The position numbers and the translations under genes are program-made. From positions 1 to 24,393 of IMG/VR virus record IMGVR_UViG_3300042519_002211: a DNA stretch of 24,393 nt; one strand, given 5' to 3'. Under the pieces are notes generated by a model, which was given only the letters and a program-made list of their open reading frames with translations, was not told the DNA's origin and made no database searches. Of the stretch, positions 7,061-13,175 are shown one piece after another (positions within the stretch are counted from its first letter, which is position 1; the number at the start of each line of letters is the position of its first letter). This DNA comes from a virus. Its lineage: Duplodnaviria; Caudoviricetes.

Positions 7061-8407
7061 ATGTACATCAAACTGCTACCTTTATTACTGGAAAGTCGTA
7101 TTTCCGACTTCAAAGATAAATATGCTAATCTTCCCGTCTGGATGCAGCACTTACTTATAGATGGTGACTTTACCCCCAACAAGAAGTATCTAGATTGGCT
7201 TGGAAAGATCGTCACCGCTGCCGACAAAATTGAGAGTGAGGCATTTGCCAATGATTTATTGGAAAGAATCGAAGTCCATTTCAATAAGTTATCGAACATT
7301 GACATCAATAAATTCAAAACGTATGAAGAATTTGTCAAAGCCACTGATGACGCTAGCAAGAACCTTAGCAAAAGAGAAAGATTGGCCGCAGACACCGAAC
7401 TGATCTACGAAGATGACAGATTTTTAATTGTCGGTCCGCGCTCACAAGATGCAGTTGGAAATTTTGCAGCCGGAAAAACCAACTGGTGTATTTCAAGCAG
7501 CGAAGATTATTGGCAGGATTACTACTCTGAAAACACCGTAATTCTTATACATGACCGAGAATCTGAAAAACCAATGGCTCGATTGGCGTTGCTCTCTCCG
7601 TCCGGGGCGAACAGTCGTGATTGGGCATTGTATAATTCTCAGGACCATACCATGTCTAGACCGGGGGAATATTTATCAGAAATATTGCCGGAAGAAGCAA
7701 TGGAAAAATTAACGGAATACCTTGATGACGATGAAAGCAATATTTCAGACAGACAGCAAGAAGTGGAAGAAAAGAAAAACGAAGAGTGGGTAAAAGATAA
7801 TGGCGACGAGTTTGTTCCTAAACTGTCTACGCTAATAGCAGAACATTATAACATCCTAGACGACGGTCGTATAGAGGACGACCTAGAAGAATATCTAGGA
7901 ACCGAAGATTACGATGCGCTGGGGAAAGACTTAGCGTGGTGGTGCATCTCTTATCATGGAAGAGACAATGGTATATTCCTCTCTGAAGATTTGACCAAGT
8001 TCTTGAAAAGTTACGAAGGAGATTATCTCGACCAAATCACCAACGCTATAACACACGTTGTGAATATTAAAACTTACGGCAAACCAATGTCAAATATTGT
8101 TCGCGGTGTATTGGACGATTCTAGTTACGAAAACTTGGTGAGATTATCCGATTTCAATCTAGAAAGTGTGTTAGGGAATGCGATGAAAAAATATCAAGCA
8201 TATCGAAATTCTTCAAATCAAACATACATGTTCGCCGACCCACAGACCCAAGAAAAATTTATTCCAAAAGATATTAACGATATAGTTGAAATGTTAACTT
8301 TTGGTGGCGCGGAGGAAGTTGCTAATTATATCAGATTGCGCAGTAAGCAAAAAATCCGCGAGCACAGAATCAAGTTGAAAAACTTAATTCGTAAATGGAA
8401 AACATAA
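7061..8407 (+). CDS. hypothetical acidic phage protein (NWCISS motif), probable virion protein
   Basis: 448-aa ORF; N-terminus MYIKLLPLLLE; TATTTATA at 7045-7052. Confidence 0.85.
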   Translation: MYIKLLPLLLESRISDFKDKYANLPVWMQHLLIDGDFTPNKKYLDWLGKIVTAADKIESEAFANDLLERIEVHFNKLSNIDINKFKTYEEFVKATDDASKNLSKRERLAADTELIYEDDRFLIVGPRSQDAVGNFAAGKTNWCISSSEDYWQDYYSENTVILIHDRESEKPMARLALLSPSGANSRDWALYNSQDHTMSRPGEYLSEILPEEAMEKLTEYLDDDESNISDRQQEVEEKKNEEWVKDNGDEFVPKLSTLIAEHYNILDDGRIEDDLEEYLGTEDYDALGKDLAWWCISYHGRDNGIFLSEDLTKFLKSYEGDYLDQITNAITHVVNIKTYGKPMSNIVRGVLDDSSYENLVRLSDFNLESVLGNAMKKYQAYRNSSNQTYMFADPQTQEKFIPKDINDIVEMLTFGGAEEVANYIRLRSKQKIREHRIKLKNLIRKWKT

Positions 8408-8409
8408 AA

Positions 8410-8488
8410 TGGTGGCGATAGTCGGGAGTCGAACCGACCTTTGAATATTGAGAATATCCTGTCCTTTCCAAACATAGACGATATCGCC
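8410..8488 (-). tRNA. tRNA-Glu(CTC)
   Basis: GGCGATA/TATCGCC-A-CCA; GGATA-TTCTCAA-TATTC; 8-nt T loop. Confidence 0.88.
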
Positions 8489-8500
8489 ATTTAAATATTT

Positions 8501-8772
8501 TTGAAGAGTGTGCTATTACGCCAAAAGAGCTAACACCGTTTCGCGGCCAAATATATAACAACTATATTTGCGCTTACATTTTCGGCACCGAGCTACAGTC
8601 AATTCCGTAGTTCTTACCGGTTCACGTCTGAATTGCCTCCACGCGAACCATTATAGTTGGTAATGGGAAATGCAGAATTCAAGAATTCAAGAATTCATCG
8701 CTGCACTTTTACTAGCTTGGAGTACGGACTCTACTCATTATAGGATTGCTGCCTCTAGGCCAACCTCCTCAA
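8501..8772 (-). ncRNA. ~270-nt multi-helix RNA candidate
   Basis: Terminal TTGAGGAG/CTCTTCAA; helices GAGTA/TACTC, TGCAG/CTGCA, GGTTCGCGT/ACGTGAACC, CTACGG/CTGTAG, CAAATATA/TATATTTG. Confidence 0.55.
8674..8697. repeat. 3x tandem AGAATTCA
   Basis: Direct 8-mer repeat within the candidate ncRNA. Confidence 0.9.
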
Positions 8773-8888
8773 CAAAAAGTTAAAAAACGTACTTGTGTTC
8801 TATTGTATCTTCGCAGACACCCACTAATACATCTTCGGTCAGTTTTTTCGGACGTATACATACAAAGAAATACCGTTTGCAAAAATTA

Positions 8889-9011
8889 TTTATCGTTTCA
8901 GGTCGCTCAATTACTTCATTTCATTGTAGGAATCGAACCTACGCCAAGGAACTTAACCCTGCACTTCCACCGCGCTCACTACTCTTTTTCACTGCCCTCA
9001 ATGACGATAAA
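8889..9011 (-). ncRNA. closed-stem RNA containing a T-arm module
   Basis: TTTATCGT/ACGATAAA ends; CATT/AATG stacked on GTAGG-TTCGATT-CCTAC. Confidence 0.5.
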
Positions 9012-9012
9012 T

Positions 9013-9087
9013 TGGTAGCCCCACCGGGTCACGATCCCGGCTCTTCTGCTTGAAAGGCAGACGAACTCGCCATTATTCTATAGGGCC
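9013..9087 (-). tRNA. tRNA-Glu(TTC)
   Basis: TCTGC-CTTTCAA-GCAGA; T loop ATCGTGA (A54). Confidence 0.9.
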
Positions 9088-9091
9088 AATT

Positions 9092-9162
9092 GTGCAGCGT
9101 TCTACCTGACTAAACTACCCCCGTTTTACTGGTGGAGAGGATTTGAGCCTCTGTTTCTGCAT
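9092..9162 (-). ncRNA. circularly permuted tRNA-like RNA
   Basis: TGCAG, T arm AGAGG-CTCAAAT-CCTCT, closed acceptor CCACC..GGGGG, D arm GTTT-AGTCAGGTA-GAAC, CTGCA. Confidence 0.72.
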
Positions 9163-9170
9163 TCAAAAAA

Positions 9171-9230
9171 CAAGACGCATTTTTAGTTCATGTATAGGAT
9201 GAATTTTTTTAGGATTGCTGTATGCGTCTT
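9171..9230 (-). ncRNA. ACAGCA closed-stem RNA (minimal member)
   Basis: AAGACGCAT-ACAGCAATCC ... AAAAATGCGTCTTG. Confidence 0.65.
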
Positions 9231-9233
9231 AAA

Positions 9234-9315
9234 TGGTGCTCTCGATAGGATTTGAACCTACATTTTAATTTCCGTTACATGCCCAGACGTTCGAAGCGTC
9301 CGCTGATACGAGAGC
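9234..9315 (-). tRNA. tRNA-Arg(TCG)-like, D arm absent, long variable region
   Basis: GCTCTCG/CGAGAGC-A-CCA; only TATCAGC before GGACG-CTTCGAA-CGTCT; 23-nt variable region. Confidence 0.7.
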
Positions 9316-9321
9316 GTAAAG

Positions 9322-9396
9322 TGGTGCAGTACGGGGGATTCGAACCCCCACCCTCACGCTTCGCAAGCGTTTGCTCGTCCATTGAGCTTCTACTGC
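9322..9396 (-). tRNA. tRNA-Arg(GCG)
   Basis: ACGC-TTGCGAA-GCGT; canonical D/T arms; CCA. Confidence 0.87.
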
Positions 9397-9403
9397 ATTA
9401 AAA

Positions 9404-9477
9404 TGGCGGGAGTAGCGAGACTCGAACTCGCTTAACTAGCGTGACAAGCTAATGTAATACCCATATACCATACCCCC
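9404..9477 (-). tRNA. tRNA-Asp(GTC)
   Basis: TTAGC-TTGTCAC-GCTAG; G73-CCA. Confidence 0.92.
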
Positions 9478-9543
9478 ATAAAGTTTCACACAGCCATTAT
9501 TGACATTGATATAAATCAAGAGGACTACTGTGTATGTTTTAAA

Positions 9544-9619
9544 TGGTCCGGATGACAGGACTCGAACCTGCATAATCTCGCTTCCAAGGCGAGTCGCCAA
9601 CCTTTGACACCACATCCGG
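9544..9619 (-). tRNA. tRNA-Pro(TGG), A37
   Basis: CCGGATG/CATCCGG-A-CCA; CTCGC-CTTGGAA-GCGAG. Confidence 0.87.
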
Positions 9620-9633
9620 ATATAAATTGAAAT

Positions 9634-9716
9634 TGGTAGCAGAGGTAAGAATCGAACTTACCATACCTTTCGGCTGCGTTATGAGCGCAGTTAGCGTCCC
9701 GTGGCTTGTCTCTGCT
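9634..9716 (-). tRNA. tRNA with CAT anticodon (Met or Ile2), long variable arm, atypical D arm
   Basis: AGCAGAG/CTCTGCT-A-CCA; CTGCG-CTCATAA-CGCAG; CC-GAAA-GG arm. Confidence 0.8.
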
Positions 9717-9722
9717 ATAAAA

Positions 9723-9798
9723 TGGTGGTGCCTGCGGGAGTCGAACCCGCAACCTACAGATTAAAAGTCTGCTGCTCTGCCGATTGAGCTAAAACACC
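9723..9798 (-). tRNA. tRNA-Lys(TTT)
   Basis: Canonical, GCAGA-CTTTTAA-TCTGT. Confidence 0.95.
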
Positions 9799-9806
9799 AT
9801 AAATTT

Positions 9807-9953
9807 TTTAATGAGAGTGTGAGTTCCACTCTGTTATGATACTTTCGTATCGACACATACCGGTTGTTTCCAACGGCTATATTACATCGTTCTTGCGGAA
9901 CTTTGTTCTACGATTTCGGTATGCCGCTTGCATGCTTTCTCAGCTACATTAAA
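9807..9953 (-). ncRNA. GNRA-capped multi-helix RNA candidate
   Basis: CATACCG/CGGTATG, ATCGT/ACGAT, GTTG-GAAA-CAAC, GATAC-GAAA-GTATC, TGAGA/TCTCA, terminal TTTAATG/CATTAAA. Confidence 0.62.
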
Positions 9954-9954
9954 T

Positions 9955-10047
9955 TGGCTGTATCGGCTGGTGACGCACCAGCATTTGAGTTTCCTCATTG
10001 GTGGATTAACAGTCCACTACGGCAAGCTAACTATCCGTGTCGATACA
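9955..10047 (-). tRNA. tRNA-Asn(GTT), long variable arm, T loop TGCGTCA
   Basis: TGTATCG/CGATACA-G-CCA; GTGGA-CTGTTAA-TCCAC; GAG-GAAA-CTC arm. Confidence 0.8.
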
Positions 10048-10056
10048 ATATAAAAT

Positions 10057-10130
10057 TGGCTGAGTCACGTGGAATCGAACCACGACCATCTGTTTCAGAG
10101 ACAGAGGCACTACCACTATGCAATAACTCA
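10057..10130 (-). tRNA. tRNA-Gln(CTG)
   Basis: TCTGT-CTCTGAA-ACAGA; G73-CCA. Confidence 0.92.
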
Positions 10131-10138
10131 ATATAAAA

Positions 10139-10216
10139 TGGTGGCCGAGGTGGGACTCGAACCCACAGAATCTACGTTTTGAGTGTAGCACGTTTATCCA
10201 GTTACGTCACACGGCC
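10139..10216 (-). tRNA. tRNA-Leu(CAA), short variable loop
   Basis: Loop CTCAAAA; variable region ATTCT only. Confidence 0.88.
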
Positions 10217-10282
10217 AAAATACTGACGCGTTTATCGTAGGCGTCTCACGTCCGTCTAACGGAAGGTCACGGTGGACCTAAA

Positions 10283-10358
10283 TGGTGTGGCCTGCTGGAC
10301 TCGAACCAGCTTCTCGTCGTCTTCAGCGACACGTGAGCACCCGCTTCACCAAAGCCAC
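10283..10358 (-). tRNA. tRNA-Phe(GAA)
   Basis: TGTCG-CTGAAGA-CGACG; CCA. Confidence 0.9.
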
Positions 10359-10532
10359 ATAATCACGATTGCTTTTCCAACCGCGTATTTCGTTATAATT
10401 TTTACCACAAAGCAACGTTGTAACGAAAAACTCGTCGCTTATCAAAATTGAAAGTCGCGCCAAGAAAAGTGGCTGTTGGTTATTAACCAACCGTTTCATT
10501 GAATTTATGCAACTCATTGTTTCGACCTAAAA

Positions 10533-10610
10533 TGGTAGCCAAGGTGGGACTCGAACCCACAGAATTTAGTTTCTAAAACTAACACGTTTATCCAGTTACG
10601 TCACATGGCC
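10533..10610 (-). tRNA. tRNA-Leu(TAG), short variable loop
   Basis: TTAGT-TTTAGAA-ACTAA; body nearly identical to Leu(CAA) at 10139. Confidence 0.9.
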
Positions 10611-10619
10611 ATAAAATTA

Positions 10620-10726
10620 TTTGTTATGGATGGATTCGAACCATCGGCATCTGCTTATAGAGAACTTTTTCGGTGTCTTATACCATCATATCTCGTCAGT
10701 GATCTTCCTCTGAACTACACAACAAA
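10620..10726 (-). ncRNA. tRNA-like RNA with extended, anticodon-less central arm
   Basis: TTTGTTGTG/CATAACAAA acceptor, D arm, T arm GATGG-TTCGAAT-CCATC; centre CTG..GAGA..GGT/ACC..TCTC..CAG; no CCA. Confidence 0.62.
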
Positions 10727-10727
10727 A

Positions 10728-10801
10728 TGGTGCGCGGTGGGGGAATCGAACCCCCGTATCAACATTGGCAATGTCGTATTCTACCACTAAACTAACCACG
10801 C
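10728..10801 (-). tRNA. tRNA-Gly(GCC)
   Basis: CGACA-TTGCCAA-TGTTG; A73. Confidence 0.92.
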
Positions 10802-10814
10802 ATATAAAAACTGA

Positions 10815-10940
10815 GAATCATAATGGGACTCGAACCCACAATCATCAAACTCTATTCAAGTTTATATGTTTGACCGCCAGTTTTCGCCGTGCTCTTGATT
10901 TGGCTACTGACTCGCGCCTTTACCATTTGGTATATGATTC
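10815..10940 (-). ncRNA. tRNA-like RNA with two long central arms
   Basis: GAATCATA/TATGATTC acceptor, D loop AAATGGTAAA, T arm GTGGG-TTCGAGT-CCCAT, CAGT/ACTG and TCAAAC/GTTTGA helices; no CCA. Confidence 0.62.
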
Positions 10941-10944
10941 AAAT

Positions 10945-11021
10945 TGGAGTCCGTAACTGGAGTCGAACCAGCATAAATGTCTTTTGCAGAGACCGCCCTG
11001 ACCTTTCGGGCACACACGGAC
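10945..11021 (-). tRNA. tRNA-Cys(GCA)
   Basis: GTCT-CTGCAAA-AGAC; U73-CCA. Confidence 0.9.
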
Positions 11022-11045
11022 ATATAATTTTATCTAGTAAATTGT

Positions 11046-11118
11046 TATAGGCGAATTCCACTAACGCAATAATTGGAATGTCTTCGCTGAATTATAATTC
11101 AGAATATTGCGACCTACA
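11046..11118 (-). ncRNA. candidate pseudoknot RNA directly 3' of tRNA-Thr
   Basis: TGTAGG/CCTATA; crossing helices CGCAATA/TATTGCG and ATTCCA/TGGAAT; hairpin CTGAAT/ATTCAG. Confidence 0.5.
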
Positions 11119-11121
11119 AAT

Positions 11122-11208
11122 TGGAGCCGATGGTGGGACTCGAACCCACGTAGGGATTACTCCCGCCGCTTTACAAAAGCGGTGCTGTTGCCACTGAGCC
11201 ACATCGGC
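11122..11208 (-). tRNA. tRNA-Thr(TGT) with long variable arm
   Basis: GCCGATG/CATCGGC-T-CCA; CCGCT-TTTGTAA-AGCGG; GGGA-GTAA-TCCC arm. Confidence 0.88.
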
Positions 11209-11219
11209 ATAAATTAAAT

Positions 11220-11293
11220 TGGCTGGGATATATGGAATCGAACCATAACCTCTTGTTTCAAAGACAAGGGCACTACCACTATGCAATATCCCA
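11220..11293 (-). tRNA. tRNA-Gln(TTG)
   Basis: CTTGT-CTTTGAA-ACAAG; G73-CCA. Confidence 0.93.
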
Positions 11294-11295
11294 AT

Positions 11296-11325
11296 AAAAA
11301 AGACGGAGTTTAAGCTTCGTCTTTT
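11296..11325. terminator. possible bidirectional intrinsic terminator
   Basis: AAAAGACGGAG-TTTAAG-CTTCGTCTTTT flanked by A/T runs. Confidence 0.5.
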
Positions 11326-11344
11326 GTTTTAAATTGTTTGTGTG

Positions 11345-12022
11345 TTATTTAGCGTCCATCTCGTCGTCGACCTCAAGCATCGCCGATTTTGCAAAGACGT
11401 TTTTTACCACGCCAGTAAATATTTTATTTACATACTTTCGAGAATTGTTTGGTACCGGAACTTTATCCGCTTCTTCCAACTCCGGTGCTAAATGTCTGGC
11501 CAGTGGGTCACGGTTGACTTTTCCTTTAGATTTATTTAAGCCCGGTGCAGGAGATGATGCTGCCGGTGCTGCCGGTGCTGGTGCAGCCTTCTTGGCTGGC
11601 TTTTTTGCCGGTGCTGTAGGCGCTGCTGCCGGTTTCGCTTCTGGTTCGGTGGGTGCTGCTGACTTCTTCGCCTTAATCGCCTCAATTTTATTACCAAGTT
11701 CAGCCGCTTCTGCTTCAATATATGCCGCACGTAGTAATTTTTTTAGTCCCGCCTCAAGCTTTTCTTTCAAATCTTGAACTATTTGTTCTGCGGATTGCTT
11801 TGCTGCCGCCTGTGTCGGAGCGGGCGAATTTTTTATATCGGCGCGTTTATCGTGCATCTTTGAAAATCTGTCGTAGTGTGAACCACCCGAATCTGGTCCC
11901 GTCGTTTTTCCACCGGCAAATTGTTTTTTGACGCCTTGCCATAGGTCAGAACCCCAACCTTCTTCCATTGCTACTTCTTGAACAGTTTCGGCTATCAAAT
12001 TTTTGAGTTCTTGTTTATCCAT
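11345..12022 (-). CDS. hypothetical protein with Ala/Pro/Lys-rich linker, probable virion protein
   Basis: 225 aa; N-terminus MDKQELKNLIAE; TATTTATA at 12046-12053. Confidence 0.85.
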   Translation of the reverse strand: MDKQELKNLIAETVQEVAMEEGWGSDLWQGVKKQFAGGKTTGPDSGGSHYDRFSKMHDKRADIKNSPAPTQAAAKQSAEQIVQDLKEKLEAGLKKLLRAAYIEAEAAELGNKIEAIKAKKSAAPTEPEAKPAAAPTAPAKKPAKKAAPAPAAPAASSPAPGLNKSKGKVNRDPLARHLAPELEEADKVPVPNNSRKYVNKIFTGVVKNVFAKSAMLEVDDEMDAK

Positions 12023-12083
12023 AGGGTTTATAAATTGTTGTAATATATAAATAGCGAATAAACCTCAAAAAAATGCATTAAAA

Positions 12084-12169
12084 TGGTGGCCCATGTCGGT
12101 ATCGAACCAACCCAGCCCGAGGGCTTCGCATTTACAGTGCGAACCGCGTCCTTAGCGGTATAATGAGCC
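12084..12169 (-). tRNA. tRNA-Tyr(GTA)
   Basis: TCGCA-CTGTAAA-TGCGA; variable arm AGCC-CTCG-GGCT. Confidence 0.9.
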
Positions 12170-12246
12170 AAAAAATTTGGTGTACTCCGTACATAGTGGT
12201 TGCTATATATCTTCGGAATGGTTGGAACACCAAACCTAGTACAAAT

Positions 12247-12323
12247 TGGAGCGGGGTGGGGGATTCGAACCCCCACATCAAGTTTGGAAAACTCGTATGC
12301 TAACCGTTAAACATCAACCCCGC
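12247..12323 (-). tRNA. tRNA-Gly(TCC), first tRNA of the array
   Basis: GCGGGGT/ACCCCGC-T-CCA; CGAGT-TTTCCAA-ACTTG. Confidence 0.94.
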
Positions 12324-12332
12324 GTTTTAAAA

Positions 12333-12797
12333 TTACTCCTTAGCAGCATGCGATTTTATATAATTCAAGTTTAGTTGAATTGCAACGTCGTGCTTGGCAA
12401 CGTCGGTTTCTAGTTTATTTAATCTAGAGTCTAGTTTTTCAAAAATCAATGCACTCTTTTCCCACTTAATAATCTCTGCCATTTCGTGCTTCTCAAAGCT
12501 ACTAATTGTTGCTGCAATCGCCGCTGCATTTGATCGTTGATACTCAGCCGTGTTTCTTTGCTCGTCGGTTAAAGCGGTAATTGCCTTGGTAAGATGCGTG
12601 AATGCTTCTTTTTGATCGTTTGACAAGTTTACTATAATAGTCTTTTGCTCAGAATTTTGCGACTTCCAGTCGTCTCTCGAAATGTAGCGCCCGTCTAAAA
12701 AGAAGAATAGGGCCGCTACCAATATCGGCAATATAAACCACTTTAATAGATCCAGTTTCTGAGCATTGGTTTTTAGGAAAGATTCAACAGATGGCAT
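12333..12797 (-). CDS. single-TM coiled-coil membrane protein (possibly lysis-related)
   Basis: WFILPILVAALFFFL helix then heptad-rich region; start reassigned to MPSVES after TATTTATA (12816-12823). Confidence 0.7.
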   Translation of the reverse strand: MPSVESFLKTNAQKLDLLKWFILPILVAALFFFLDGRYISRDDWKSQNSEQKTIIVNLSNDQKEAFTHLTKAITALTDEQRNTAEYQRSNAAAIAATISSFEKHEMAEIIKWEKSALIFEKLDSRLNKLETDVAKHDVAIQLNLNYIKSHAAKE

Positions 12798-12974
12798 AGG
12801 TTTATGTCGATTATTTATAAATATATTAGACATATTCTAATCTTACACATTCGCATCATTATATATGAAATAACGATCCCATTCCGAACCGCGTGGAGGT
12901 TGTGTATATATCGGAACAAGAAGAAAACAACTCAACATGCTATTACGCATATCTTATTGCTGCTTTCTTCAACT

Positions 12975-12987
12975 TTATAAAAGAACT
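12975..12987 (-). promoter_or_regulatory. boxA-like antitermination site
   Basis: AGTTCTTTTATAA in the non-coding leader, resembling rrn boxA (GYTCTTT core). Confidence 0.4.
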
Positions 12988-13147
12988 CTAACGAACCCCG
13001 TACAAACCAGTGACTTTAGCACTCGTTCCGTCGGGGGGTTTGGACTTCTAACGTCCGTACATCCTTCGTTGTTTACTTTTTGCTTCGGTGCAAAAACTTG
13101 TTAAAAACCGCTAGACTAAAATTGATTTGTTACACTTAACTTTCTGT

Positions 13148-13175
13148 ACCTTACTCTTTTTTTATCTTCCGTCAA
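13148..13175 (-). promoter_or_regulatory. sigma70-like promoter (TTGACG-16-TAAGGT)
   Basis: Second copy of a duplicated promoter unit facing the tRNA array. Confidence 0.55.

Noticed and set aside
8501-8772. RNase P RNA
   Set aside because: Only partial resemblance to GAGGAAAGTCC; no ACAGAA..GGCTTA 3' element next to the terminal stem.
527-9230. CRISPR array or MITE interpretation of the repeated closed-stem elements
   Set aside because: Not regularly spaced identical repeats; no target-site duplications; stems vary in sequence while keeping pairing, which fits RNA structure.
6792-10940. Group I/II introns in tRNA anticodon loops
   Set aside because: Inserts are under ~70 nt and lack catalytic core motifs.
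1187-12276. Short ORF-track entries overlapping tRNAs (e.g. 1187-1384, 3112-3372, 5416-5610, 9525-9752, 11092-11286, 12028-12276)
   Set aside because: They are translations of tRNA/ncRNA sequence (GSIP/GFEP-type peptides) with no coding signal.
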